In this document: piece by piece, positions 10,169 through 19,862 of the stretch
How positions within the stretch are numbered: position 1 is the stretch's first letter
How the letters are laid out: each line of letters opens with the position of its first letter
The notes under the pieces: model-generated
Database searches by the model: none
Told to the model about the DNA's origin: nothing
Seen by the model: only the letters and a program-made list of their open reading frames with translations
Position numbers and translations under genes: made by a program
Assembly: GCA_965205995.1 (NCBI GenBank)
Contig: OZ242200.1
Coordinates: forward strand, 952,498 to 1,016,497
Source: Alphaproteobacteria bacterium
Lineage (GTDB): Bacteria > Pseudomonadota > Alphaproteobacteria > MPNO01
Reading direction: 5' to 3'
Length of the DNA: 64,000 bases

Positions 10169-10939
10169 ATGTCGACGCTCGAAATTCATCAGATCCCGAC
10201 GCGGGTCGACAACTATGTCTATCTCCTGCGCGAATCCTCGACCGGCCAGGCTGCGGTGGTCGATCCGTCGGATGCCGCGCCGGTGTTCGAGGCGCTGGAC
10301 GCGCTCGGCTGGAACCTCACCCACGTGCTGGCGACCCACCATCACAACGACCACATCGGCGGCGTGCCGGAAATCAAGGAGCGCACCGGCTGCACCGTGG
10401 TCGGTCCCCGCGCCGACCGCGACCGCATCCCGGGCATCGACATCGAGGTCGGCGACGGCGACACCTACAGCCTGTACGAGGCGGAGGCGACGGTGTTCGA
10501 CGTGCCGGGCCATACCAGGGGGCATATCGCTTACTGGTTCCCGGAATCGAAAGCCCTGTTCTGCGGCGACACGCTGTTCGCGCTCGGCTGCGGCCGGGTG
10601 TTCGAGGGCACGCATGAGCAGATGTGGAACTCGATCTCCAAGTTCAAGCCGCTGCCCGACGAGACCATGGTCTATTGCGCGCATGAATACACCCAGTCCA
10701 ATGCCCGCTTCGCGGTCACGGTCGAGCCGGACAACGCCGACCTCGCGGCCTACGCCCTGGAGATAGACCGCAAGCGCGCGGCCGGCCAGCGCACCGTGCC
10801 GTCGCAGCTCGGGCTCGAGCGGCGGACCAACCCGTTCCTCCGCGCCGACATACCCGACTTCGCCTCGGCGGTCGGCATGGAAGGCAGGACGCCGGTCGAG
10901 GTCTTCGCCGAAGTCCGCACCCGCAAGGACAATTTCTGA
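10169..10939 (+). CDS. gloB: hydroxyacylglutathione hydrolase
   Basis: THHHNDH, GHTRGH, CGDTLF, CAHEYT and TNPFLR motifs. Confidence 0.95.
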   Translation: MSTLEIHQIPTRVDNYVYLLRESSTGQAAVVDPSDAAPVFEALDALGWNLTHVLATHHHNDHIGGVPEIKERTGCTVVGPRADRDRIPGIDIEVGDGDTYSLYEAEATVFDVPGHTRGHIAYWFPESKALFCGDTLFALGCGRVFEGTHEQMWNSISKFKPLPDETMVYCAHEYTQSNARFAVTVEPDNADLAAYALEIDRKRAAGQRTVPSQLGLERRTNPFLRADIPDFASAVGMEGRTPVEVFAEVRTRKDNF

Positions 10940-10952
10940 TCGGTCCTCCGCT

Positions 10953-11732
10953 CTGAAGACAGTCGTCATCAGTCTGGAAAGGGCGGTCGAACGACGTCGA
11001 CGAATCATTTCCGACCTGGAAGCTCTCGAGTTGGAGTTCGAGCTGCGCGACGCCGTGGATGGACATGATTTCCCGGCCGAGTACGAACCCCTGATCGACC
11101 GTTCGGCGTATCGCCAGGCCGGCCGACCCATCCGCATGGGGTCCATCGCCAACTGGATCAGTCAACGGCAGGCATTCCTGGACCTGGTGGAGAACGGGCC
11201 CGAAATCATGACCGTGCTGGAGGACGACGCGACGTTCTCGCCCGAATTTCCGGCTGTCCTGAAGACTCTCGAACACACGACGGAACCGTTCGGGATCGTT
11301 TTCCTCCACCTCGGGCCCAGGCGCCCGTTCATTCCACACGCGGAACTCCCGACCGGGCACCGCCTGGGCTGGACCCGCTGGTCCCATTTCGGCTCGCAAG
11401 GCTACGTGATCACCCGCGCGGCAGCCCGGCGGTTCCTGGAGGCGAATCCCCTGATCCACGACGGTATCGACAGGTCGCTCGCGCGCTATTGGCATCACGG
11501 CTTGACAACGTACAGTCTCCGCCCCGCCGTGGTTCACCATCGAACGCGAAGCGAGGGGCTTCCCTCGCTGATCGCCGAGGCGCCGATACAGGACTGGGCG
11601 GATCCGTTTCGGAGAGCTCGCCGGAGCTGGTTCCACATCAAGGAGGGGCTACGCAAGAGGACCGAGCTCACCAGGCTCGTGATGCGGTCGAAAGGACCGC
11701 TCAAGGGAATGCGCGCAATCGTCCGGCCCTGA
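10953..11732 (+). CDS. glycosyltransferase family 25 (Lex2B-like); probable CTG start
   Basis: KTVVISLERAVERR lies in frame upstream of the called start; DAVDG, VLEDD and GYVITRAAARRFL motifs. Confidence 0.8.
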   Translation: MKTVVISLERAVERRRRIISDLEALELEFELRDAVDGHDFPAEYEPLIDRSAYRQAGRPIRMGSIANWISQRQAFLDLVENGPEIMTVLEDDATFSPEFPAVLKTLEHTTEPFGIVFLHLGPRRPFIPHAELPTGHRLGWTRWSHFGSQGYVITRAAARRFLEANPLIHDGIDRSLARYWHHGLTTYSLRPAVVHHRTRSEGLPSLIAEAPIQDWADPFRRARRSWFHIKEGLRKRTELTRLVMRSKGPLKGMRAIVRP

Positions 11733-11744
11733 CGCGGGGCGCGG

Positions 11745-11828
11745 CCCTTCGATACGCGGCGCAGCCTGTCCCGAGCGAAGTCGAGGAGCCGCTACATCCC
11801 GAGCAGGCGCGAAGCGCCGTATCGAGGG
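11745..11828. repeat. REP-like palindromic repeat (CCTTCGATACG family)
   Basis: Bounded by cccttcgatacg/cgtatcgaggg; shares gcgcagcctgtcccgagcgaag with 33471-33590. Confidence 0.75.
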
Positions 11829-11871
11829 ACGGCCTCGTCACCCCGGGCTTTTCCCGGGGCGACAGTCGGGC

Positions 11872-14256
11872 TCACCCCCGCCCGGCGGCGGCGATCGCCT
11901 CGAGTATCCGGTCGGGGGTGAAGGGCATCGCGGCGACCTTGGCGCCGAGCGGCGCGAGCGCGTCGTTGATCGCGTTCATCACCACCGCCGGCGCGCCACA
12001 GGTGCCGGCCTCGCCCGCGCCCTTGGCGCCGAGCTCCGACGAACCGGTCATCGACACCACGTGTCCGCACTCGATGTCGCACAGCTCGGTGGAAAGCGGC
12101 ACCAGGTAATCCGCCATGGTGCCGTTCTGGAGCTGGCCCGCCTCGTCATAGATGCAGTGCTCCCAGAGCGCGCCGCCCAGGCCCTGGGCGATGCCGCCCC
12201 GGATCTGTTCGTCGACCATCTGCGGATTGATCACCGTGCCGCAATCCTCGACGCACCAGTGGTTGAGCAGCGTCACGAACCCGGTCTCGGCATCGACCTC
12301 CAGATAGGCGCCCTGCACCCCGTTGGTGAAGGCGAAGGGATAGTCCTTGGGCACGTAGTGGCGGGTCGCGACGAGCTCGGCCTGATGGTCGAGCGGCAGG
12401 GTGTCGGGGCGGAAATAGCAGATGCGCCCGATCTCATCGAGGCCGATGCGTTCGGCTCCGGTCTCGCGGTCGACCACGACGCCGTTGCGGATATCGAGCT
12501 CCCCGGCCTCGGCCTGCAGCATGACCGCGGCGACGTCGAGGATCTGGGCGCGCAGCGCCTTCCCCGTCTGGGCGATGGCCTCGCCGCCGATCCCGGCCGC
12601 GCGGGACGCCCAGGTGCCGCCGCCATAGGGCGTGTGATCGGTATCGCCGGAGATCACCCTCACCCGCTCGATGGGAACCCCCATCGCGGTCGCCGCGACC
12701 TGGGCGGCGACGGTCTCCATGCCCTGGCCCTGTTCGGTGGCGCCGGTGGAGACGAAGACGTTGCCGCGGGCATCGAGCCGCATCGTCGCCCCGTCCTGGG
12801 CCGAGATGCGGGCCCCGCCGATGCCGTAGAACATCGCCGACGGGTTGGTGACCTCGATGAAGCTGGCGAGCCCGACGCCGCGCCAGACGCCGTCCTCCCT
12901 CAGCCGGTCGCGCGCCCGGCAAAGCCCGTCATAGTCCATCGTCTCCAGGATTTTCTTCAAGCTCTCCTGGTGGGAGAGGTTCTCGAAGTTCATCCCCTGG
13001 GGGGATTTCAGCGGATAGGCGTCGTCCGGATACACGTTGATCCGGCGTATCTCGGCCGGGTCCATGCCGACCGCGCGGGCGCCCGAATCGACCAGCCCTT
13101 CGGTCACCGCGCACATGACCGGATGGCCGACCGCGCGGTACTGGCACATCATGTTCTTGTTGAGGAAAACCACGCGGGCGCGCGCCCGGTAGTTGTCGAA
13201 CGCGTAGGGCCCGCCGACCATGTTGACGATCTGGTTGGCCTCGATCGCGCTGGTCCTGGGATACATCGAATACGGCCCGACGCCGGTCAGGTCGTCGATC
13301 TCCATCGCCAGAATCCGGCCGTCCTTCGCCATCGCGATCTTCGCGTCGATGCGGTGGTCGCGGGCGTGGATGTCGGACAGGAACGATTCCAGCCGGTCGG
13401 CGACGAACTTGACCGGGCGCTTGAGGGCGATCGACAGCCCGACCGTCGCCATCTCGTCGGCATAGGTGTGGACCTTGATCCCGAACGAGCCGCCGACGTC
13501 CTTGGCGATCACCCGCACCCGGTGCTCCTCGAGCCCGAAATGCAGCGCGAATATTCCCTGCATCATGTGGGGCGACTGGGTGGAATGGTGGACGACCAGG
13601 TTCCGGGTCGACGGATCGAAATCCGCGACGATCCCCCGCGGCTCCAGCGTGACGCCGGTATGGCGGCCGAAATGGTAGGTCTCCTCGACCACCGCGTCGG
13701 CTTCGGCATAGGCGGCATCGACATCGCCGGCGGCAAACTGGCGCTGCCAGGCGAGGTTGTCGCCGAGATCGGCATGGATGACCGGGGTGTCGGGATCGAG
13801 CGCGGTCTCCATGTCGGTCGCGGCGGGGAGCTCCTCCCACGCGATCTCGACCAGCTCGGCGGCATCCTCGGCCTGTTCGCGCCGCGCGGCGACGACGGCC
13901 ACCACCGCCTCCCCCTGCCAGCGCGCGCAATCCACCGGCAAGGCCCGCTGGGGCGCGGATTTGAGCCCCTCCAGATGGGTGAGCACGCCGACCCAGGGCT
14001 CGTGGATGCGGGCGAGCTCCTCCCCCGTCACCACCGCGACGACGCCCGGCGCGGAAGCGGCCGCTTGGGTGTCGATGGAGACGATCCGGGCATGGGCGTA
14101 GGGGCTGCGCAGGAAGGCGGCATGCACCATCCTGGGCAGGACGATGTCGTCGACAAAGGTGCCCCGCCCATGCGTCAGGCGCCTTGCATCGGGCCTCGGC
14201 ACGCTGCGCCCGATATAGGAGTTGGGGCGGTCGAGAATCCAGCGATCTTCAACCAT
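11872..14256 (-). CDS. xanthine dehydrogenase-family molybdopterin-binding large subunit
   Basis: RSPYAHARI, VGGSFGIK, QYRAVGHP, GGTWASR and AKGAGEAG motifs. Confidence 0.92.
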   Translation of the reverse strand: MVEDRWILDRPNSYIGRSVPRPDARRLTHGRGTFVDDIVLPRMVHAAFLRSPYAHARIVSIDTQAAASAPGVVAVVTGEELARIHEPWVGVLTHLEGLKSAPQRALPVDCARWQGEAVVAVVAARREQAEDAAELVEIAWEELPAATDMETALDPDTPVIHADLGDNLAWQRQFAAGDVDAAYAEADAVVEETYHFGRHTGVTLEPRGIVADFDPSTRNLVVHHSTQSPHMMQGIFALHFGLEEHRVRVIAKDVGGSFGIKVHTYADEMATVGLSIALKRPVKFVADRLESFLSDIHARDHRIDAKIAMAKDGRILAMEIDDLTGVGPYSMYPRTSAIEANQIVNMVGGPYAFDNYRARARVVFLNKNMMCQYRAVGHPVMCAVTEGLVDSGARAVGMDPAEIRRINVYPDDAYPLKSPQGMNFENLSHQESLKKILETMDYDGLCRARDRLREDGVWRGVGLASFIEVTNPSAMFYGIGGARISAQDGATMRLDARGNVFVSTGATEQGQGMETVAAQVAATAMGVPIERVRVISGDTDHTPYGGGTWASRAAGIGGEAIAQTGKALRAQILDVAAVMLQAEAGELDIRNGVVVDRETGAERIGLDEIGRICYFRPDTLPLDHQAELVATRHYVPKDYPFAFTNGVQGAYLEVDAETGFVTLLNHWCVEDCGTVINPQMVDEQIRGGIAQGLGGALWEHCIYDEAGQLQNGTMADYLVPLSTELCDIECGHVVSMTGSSELGAKGAGEAGTCGAPAVVMNAINDALAPLGAKVAAMPFTPDRILEAIAAAGRG

Positions 14257-14258
14257 GG

Positions 14259-14837
14259 TCAGGCCGCCGGCGGGTCGAAGTCGAAGACGCCCTGGATCGC
14301 CTCGAGCACTTTTTCGCCATGCGCGCCCTCGATCTGCCTGGCGATCGAATCGGGCATCGAGACGTCGTCCCGATCCGCGCCGAGGCCGGTGATCACGGTG
14401 AGCTGGACCGCGTCGATGTCGCCGACATTGTGGAAACCGCGATAGACGCCGGGCGGGCAGGAGAACGTGTCCCACTGGCCGAGCCTCGCCCGGTGCTCGA
14501 CGGGCTCGCCGACGTAATATTCGATCTCGCCCTGGAGAACGATGAAGGTCTCGAATGTGGTGTTGTGGGAATGCAGGCAAGGCCCCTGCCCCGGCGGCAT
14601 GATCGAAACGAACATCGTCGACCCGGCGGCGCCGAAGATCGGCGCATCGTTGCCGAACGGGTTCTTGGTGTCGTCGTCGAGGATCACCGGCATCAGCTTG
14701 CGGGCGAAGATGATGTCCATCGCATCCTGCCCGACCCAGCCGATCTCGCCCGCGGTCGACATCGGCTTCAGATCCTCGAACCTGCCGATGCGGCTCTCGA
14801 ATTCCTCCTTGCTCGGAGTGTAGACCCGGTTCGCCAT
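14259..14837 (-). CDS. cupin domain protein
   Basis: PCLHSHNTTFETF and PPGVYRGFHN cupin motifs; RBS GGGAGGGAG. Confidence 0.85.
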   Translation of the reverse strand: MANRVYTPSKEEFESRIGRFEDLKPMSTAGEIGWVGQDAMDIIFARKLMPVILDDDTKNPFGNDAPIFGAAGSTMFVSIMPPGQGPCLHSHNTTFETFIVLQGEIEYYVGEPVEHRARLGQWDTFSCPPGVYRGFHNVGDIDAVQLTVITGLGADRDDVSMPDSIARQIEGAHGEKVLEAIQGVFDFDPPAA

Positions 14838-14970
14838 CTCCCTCCCCCGTTCGCTCGATTCGGTTTCCCCTATCATGGCGCGATGGTGGCCGGTGGGGGA
14901 AGAAATTTGTGCGCTTCAGCGCATCGCTCTAGTCTGTCCCGGCAAAGAGAAGAATCACCGGGCCCTGGCG

Positions 14971-15498
14971 ATGGCAGACGATCCCGACATGGCGGCGGGG
15001 GCGAAGCAGGACTTCGCGACCCGCGCGACGGAGACGCTGAGCACCATCTCGGCGTTCTGGATCCTGCTGCTCGCCGCCATCTTCCTCTACGACATCATCG
15101 GCCGGGAGCTGTTCGACACGCCGTTTCTCGGCACCCATGAGATCGTCGGCAACTCGATCGTCGGCATCCTGTTCCTCGAACTGCCCTCGACCATCAAGCG
15201 CGGCGCGATGCTGCGCACCACGATCGTCTACAACGCCATCGGCCAGATCCCCCGGCGGGCGATCGACTGCGCGTCCTATCTCCTCGGCGTTGCCCTGTTC
15301 CTGGCGATCATCTTCGGCGGGTGGGACGGGATGATCGTGAGCTGGGAGCTTCTGGAGATCGAGGGCGCCGGTGCGTTCGAGGTGCCGATCTACCCGGTGC
15401 GCACGCTGATCATCGTATTCAGCGCGATCTGCGCGTTGGTCTATCTGCAACTGTTCTACGTCACCGTCACCGGGAAGGCGGACACCGAACCCGCCTAG
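14971..15498 (+). CDS. dctQ: TRAP transporter small permease
   Basis: Four TM segments, upstream of DctM; start uncertain. Confidence 0.82.
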   Translation: MADDPDMAAGAKQDFATRATETLSTISAFWILLLAAIFLYDIIGRELFDTPFLGTHEIVGNSIVGILFLELPSTIKRGAMLRTTIVYNAIGQIPRRAIDCASYLLGVALFLAIIFGGWDGMIVSWELLEIEGAGAFEVPIYPVRTLIIVFSAICALVYLQLFYVTVTGKADTEPA

Positions 15499-15535
15499 CC
15501 GTGCCGGCGCAACGGCCGCGCCGGGGGAGAGCGTT

Positions 15536-16837
15536 TTGGAGCCCGAGTTCGTCCTCGTCATCATCCTGGTCGCGCTGATCGGCCTGATCGTCGCCGGTCT
15601 CCATATCGGCATCGTGCTGGCGATGGTCTCGCTCGGCGGCACCTTCCTGCTGTTCGACGACCTCGGAATCACCATGGAGCTCGCCAACCAGGCGGCCTAT
15701 GCGGTGCTGCGCAACTCGGTCTTCGCGGCGATCCCGCTCTTCGTCCTGATGGGCGAGTTCATGTCCAAATCGGGCATGGCGCGGGACCTCTACAAGATCT
15801 GCAACTACTTCCTGCGGGCGCTGCCGGGCAGGCTGGCGGTGGCCACCGTGTTCGGCAACGCGGTCTTCTCCGCGGTCACCGGGGTCAGCATCGCCTCGGC
15901 GATGGCGTTTTCGCGCATCTCGTACCCGGAAATGCGGCGCTTCGGCTACAACCGGTCCTACGCGCTGGGCGCGATCGCCGGGTCGTCGAGCCTCGGCATG
16001 CTGATCCCGCCGAGCGTGCTGCTGATCGTCTGGGGCATCGTGATCGAGGAATCGATCGGCAAGCTGTTCCTCGCCGGGTTCATCCCCGGTCTGATCCTGG
16101 CCGCGCTGATGGGGTTCTATTGCGTGGGCTACGCCAAGCTGAGGCCCGAGGCCGCGCCGAGCATGGATACGCTCGACGAGGAGCCGCCCACCCTGTCCGA
16201 GGTGGTGAGCGGGCTCGGTGTCGTCGCGCTGATCCTGCTGGTCCTCGGCGGGCTGTTCGCGGGGTTCTTCACGCCGTCCGAATCGGCCGCCGTCGGCTGC
16301 GGCGGGGCGCTGCTCTTCTCGGCGATCAAGCGGCTCAAGGGGCGCGAGTACCGCGAGGCGATCATCGATTCGGGCAAGACCATCGCGCCCATATTGTTCC
16401 TCCTGATGACCGCGTCGATGTACGCCAAGTTCCTCGCGCTGGGCGGCATCATCGGGGTGATCCAGGACACCATCGACGGGCTCGGGCTGGGTCCGTTCGG
16501 GGTCACCCTGCTGATGATCCTGATCTGGCTCGCCATGGGGACGCTGATCGATTCGATCTCGATCATCCTCTTGACGGTGCCGATCTTCTGGCCGCTCGCC
16601 GAGGCCGGCGGCTGGAACACATATGCCTTTGCGATCTTCGGCATTCTGGCGATCGAGGCGGGGCTGCTGACACCGCCCTTCGGGCTGCTGGTCTACACCG
16701 TGAAGGGCGCCGTGCCCGATCCCTCGGTCACGCTGAAGGAGATCTTCGGCGGCTCGATCCCCTACTGGATCCTGATGCTGGTGGTCATGGTGGTGATCTG
16801 GATCTGGCCGGTGACCGCGACCGTGCTCACCCGCTGA
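15536..16837 (+). CDS. dctM: TRAP transporter large permease
   Basis: AIPLFVLMGE, LGMLIPPS and LLTPPFG motifs. Confidence 0.93.
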   Translation: MEPEFVLVIILVALIGLIVAGLHIGIVLAMVSLGGTFLLFDDLGITMELANQAAYAVLRNSVFAAIPLFVLMGEFMSKSGMARDLYKICNYFLRALPGRLAVATVFGNAVFSAVTGVSIASAMAFSRISYPEMRRFGYNRSYALGAIAGSSSLGMLIPPSVLLIVWGIVIEESIGKLFLAGFIPGLILAALMGFYCVGYAKLRPEAAPSMDTLDEEPPTLSEVVSGLGVVALILLVLGGLFAGFFTPSESAAVGCGGALLFSAIKRLKGREYREAIIDSGKTIAPILFLLMTASMYAKFLALGGIIGVIQDTIDGLGLGPFGVTLLMILIWLAMGTLIDSISIILLTVPIFWPLAEAGGWNTYAFAIFGILAIEAGLLTPPFGLLVYTVKGAVPDPSVTLKEIFGGSIPYWILMLVVMVVIWIWPVTATVLTR

Positions 16838-16840
16838 GAT

Positions 16841-16885
16841 TCGCGAGAACGCGGCGCCGGTCTCCCCGGCGCCGCGTTCTCGCGA
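16841..16885. terminator. perfect 20-bp stem hairpin after dctM
   Basis: tcgcgagaacgcggcgccgg-tctcc-ccggcgccgcgttctcgcga between convergent genes. Confidence 0.7.
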
Positions 16886-16946
16886 TTATGGCAAAACTAT
16901 GCCAAAACGTGTCCCGAGTCAAGAAAAAATTTTCTTGCAGCGCAAA

Positions 16947-17942
16947 CTACCCGACTTTTTCGGTCACCCCTGACTGCGTCGATTTCACGATCGCCTCGAG
17001 GATCTCGACATTGTGCAGCTTCTGCCGGTCGGTGAACTTGTAGTCCGCGCCGTCCTCGACCGAAGCGGCCCAGGCCTCGAGATTGGCGCGCACCTGGTCG
17101 ATCGGGTCGAAGGTCCGGGACCAGATCTCCTCGTCGAGCCCGCGCCAGGCGACCAAAGCCGGGTCGGGGTCGGCGATGTGGGCGGTCTCGCGGTGCTCGA
17201 CCCAGCCCTCGTCGCCGAACAGCGTGATCCGCTGGTAATAGGGCGTCGGCCCGATATTGCACATATAGCCCGTGGCGCCCGAGGCGAAGTCGAACTGGAC
17301 CGAGAGCGTCGCGTCGGAAGGCCGGTCCTCGCGGTGCCGCCTGAGCGTCGCGTTCAGCTGGGCGACCGGCCCGGCGATGCTCTGCAGGTAATCGGTGATG
17401 TGGACGCCGACCGCGGTCATCAGCCCGGCCGGCGCCTGCGCCGGGTCCTGGCGCCAGGCCGGTATCTGCGCCGAGGCCATGAGGCTGTAGGACCAGTTGA
17501 CCTCGAGATGGCGCAGCGTCCCGATCTCGCCGTCATCGACCATGCGCTTGACCTCGATCAGCGCCGGCTCGTAGCGCCGTTCGTGGCCGATGCCGAGGAG
17601 CAGGCCGCGCGCCGCGCAGGCGTCCAGCATGCGCCCCGCCGAAGCGCCGTTGAGCGCCAGCGGCTTCTCGCAAAAGATCTGCTTGCCCGCCCCGGCGGCC
17701 GCCACCACCTGGTCCTCGTGCAGCGCGTGCGGGGTGGTGAGGATCACCGCATCGACGGCGTCGTCCCCGAGCACCTCCTCCAGGTTCTGGACAAGCGGCA
17801 GCCCGGAGCGCTCGGCGAACTCGCCCAGATGGTCGAAGCTCACGTCGACGCCACGCACCACCTCGATCCGCTCGCTTCCCTGGAGCGATGTCCAGATCCG
17901 CTGGCCCCACCAGCCGAGGCCGACGACCGCCGCCCTGATCAT
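16947..17942 (-). CDS. Gfo/Idh/MocA family oxidoreductase
   Basis: VVGLGWWG, TPHALH and CEKP motifs. Confidence 0.92.
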   Translation of the reverse strand: MIRAAVVGLGWWGQRIWTSLQGSERIEVVRGVDVSFDHLGEFAERSGLPLVQNLEEVLGDDAVDAVILTTPHALHEDQVVAAAGAGKQIFCEKPLALNGASAGRMLDACAARGLLLGIGHERRYEPALIEVKRMVDDGEIGTLRHLEVNWSYSLMASAQIPAWRQDPAQAPAGLMTAVGVHITDYLQSIAGPVAQLNATLRRHREDRPSDATLSVQFDFASGATGYMCNIGPTPYYQRITLFGDEGWVEHRETAHIADPDPALVAWRGLDEEIWSRTFDPIDQVRANLEAWAASVEDGADYKFTDRQKLHNVEILEAIVKSTQSGVTEKVG

Positions 17943-17952
17943 GCCCGCCGCC

Positions 17953-19035
17953 CTAGTCGAGATCGTATTTGTGCGGCAGCTCGATGCCGGCGGCTTCGGC
18001 GTTCTTGAGATAGGCCTTCATCAGCGCGGTCCCGGGCAGGCCCTGGCTGTCGAACTTCTTGGCGTTCTCGCGCGGCCAGCCGCCGAGCGCCGCGGCCATC
18101 TTGGCGCGCTCGCTGAACGGCAAATGCTGGATCGTGCTGCCGGTCGCGGCGAGCTTCTTGAGCGAGGCATCGAAGCGCCTGGAGGACTCCTCGGCCGACT
18201 TGACCATCCAGGTCTCGGATTCCTCGTCGATGATCTTGCGGATCTCGGGCGGCAGCTTGTCGTAGCTCTTGAGGTTCATCGACATCTGGTAGAGCGAGGT
18301 CGAGCCCCAGCCGACCACGGTGAAGACCGGCGCCGGCTCGTTGAGCTTGAAGCCGAGCCAGGCGGTCGGGAAGATCACCAGACCCTCGTATACGCCCGAT
18401 TGCAGCGAGTTGTAGGCCTCGTTCAGGCTGGTCTGGACCGCCGTCGCGCCGGTCAGCTTGAGCCACGGCAGGTTGGGGCCGGCGCCGGCGATCTTGTGGC
18501 CCTTGAGGTCGGACATCTTGGACCATTTGAACTTGGTGCCGAGCCCGTAGGACGAGAAGGTGCCGGCGCCGAGCCATTTCTGGTTGAATTTCTTGAGCGA
18601 CTCGGTCCATGCCGGGAACTGCTTGTAGGTCGCCCGCGTGATCTTGTGCTGCAGCACCGGATCGTCGGTGACGAAGGGCACGAAATAGTGGAAGGCGAAG
18701 TGGACCGCCTTGGTCGGCTCGAAGCAGGCGCACCAGAGACCGATATCGAACAGCCCCTTCTCGACCGATTCGAGCACGTCGAACGGCCCCGCCACGGTGC
18801 CGCCATAGGCCTCGATGAAGCGGATCTTGTGGCCGGTCTCCTTCTCCACCCGCGCCTTCACCGTCGGCACGAAATAGGTGCTGGCCATGAAGATCGGCTC
18901 GAGCGGCTTCATCGCCTGGCCCGCGCCGATGCGCAGAGTGAACGACTTGGCGTCGACCGAAGCCGGCATGGCGGCGGCAAGGCCGAGGGCGGCGACGCCC
19001 AAAGCGAGCGATTTCATGGTCATGGACGGTGACAT
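17953..19035 (-). CDS. dctP: TRAP substrate-binding protein
   Basis: Signal peptide, EAYGGTV, DLKGHKI, EAYNSLQSGVYEG. Confidence 0.88.
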   Translation of the reverse strand: MSPSMTMKSLALGVAALGLAAAMPASVDAKSFTLRIGAGQAMKPLEPIFMASTYFVPTVKARVEKETGHKIRFIEAYGGTVAGPFDVLESVEKGLFDIGLWCACFEPTKAVHFAFHYFVPFVTDDPVLQHKITRATYKQFPAWTESLKKFNQKWLGAGTFSSYGLGTKFKWSKMSDLKGHKIAGAGPNLPWLKLTGATAVQTSLNEAYNSLQSGVYEGLVIFPTAWLGFKLNEPAPVFTVVGWGSTSLYQMSMNLKSYDKLPPEIRKIIDEESETWMVKSAEESSRRFDASLKKLAATGSTIQHLPFSERAKMAAALGGWPRENAKKFDSQGLPGTALMKAYLKNAEAAGIELPHKYDLD

Positions 19036-19240
19036 GCTCGGTTTCTCCCTGTAGCGGACGCGCGAGGCGATCCCGGTGGCGCATACACCAGGGGGCCCGC
19101 AGCCGCAAGTAGCGCGACCGGCCAGGCTTTCGATCCTCAGCCCGTCCCCGCCCGCGCCCCGCTGTCATCCCTGCATCTCATCGCGATAGGCGAGGCAGCG
19201 GCACGATCTTCGACGGAGCCGGTTCTCCCTTCGGTCGGCT

Positions 19241-19463
19241 TCAGGGCCGCCGCTCGAACGCCGAACGGGGCAGGCCGGACTGCCGGACGATCGACATCGC
19301 GTACCCGCGCGCAACTCCCGGCGGTCGGGGACCGGGACAGTGACCGTGCCGTCCGCGTCGGTTTTCTGCATCGCGATATGGCTACCCCGCCTTCTTGCTT
19401 CCACGAAACCATGAGACGAGAGGATCAGACTTCCCGGCCTGAAAGGATTCGCAGGCTAGGCAA
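19241..19463 (-). pseudogene. hicA: HicA toxin pseudogene (two frame disruptions)
   Basis: Fragments LPSLRILSGREV / ILSSHGFVEARRRGSHIAMQK...VPVPDRRELRAGT / MSIVRQSGLPRSAFE lie in different frames. Confidence 0.8.
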
Positions 19464-19677
19464 CAGGGACTTCGATGTGGGTCACGTAGACTTCGCCGCG
19501 CAGGCGCCTGTCGACTTCCTCGGCGCTGGCGGTCTCGAAGAACAGGGTCAGCGCCTCGGCCAGGTTGTCGCGCGCCTCTGTCACGGTGTCACCCTGGCTG
19601 GCGACATCCACCTCCGGACACAGGGCGACATATCCGTCGCCCTCGCGTTCGACGATCGCGGTCAACCGCCTGTTCAT
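19456..19677 (-). CDS. hicB: HicB family antitoxin (73 aa)
   Basis: MNRRLTAIVEREGDGYVALCPEVDVASQGDTVTEARDNLAEAL. Confidence 0.9.
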   Translation of the reverse strand: MNRRLTAIVEREGDGYVALCPEVDVASQGDTVTEARDNLAEALTLFFETASAEEVDRRLRGEVYVTHIEVPVA

Positions 19678-19862
19678 GCCTTGTCTCCCTCTACGAACGC
19701 AACCAGCCGACCGTCTGTTGGGGATGACGGCGACCTTATGTAGATAGCGGTTCGCCCGTCGGCAGGTTTCGTCACGATACCTGCTGAAATCTAGGAGGCC
19801 GTTGCATTTCCGTCCAGCGCCGAGGCAGCTCTTGGCCGATGGCGTGGAGACAACGGCGGGGC

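Noticed and set aside
11872-14256. aerobic CO dehydrogenase CoxL
   Set aside because: The active-site loop is neither form I nor form II, and coxMS are absent.
19790-19860. Possible IS end (ctagGAGGCCGTTGCA) next to hicB
   Set aside because: No matching second end or transposase remnant.
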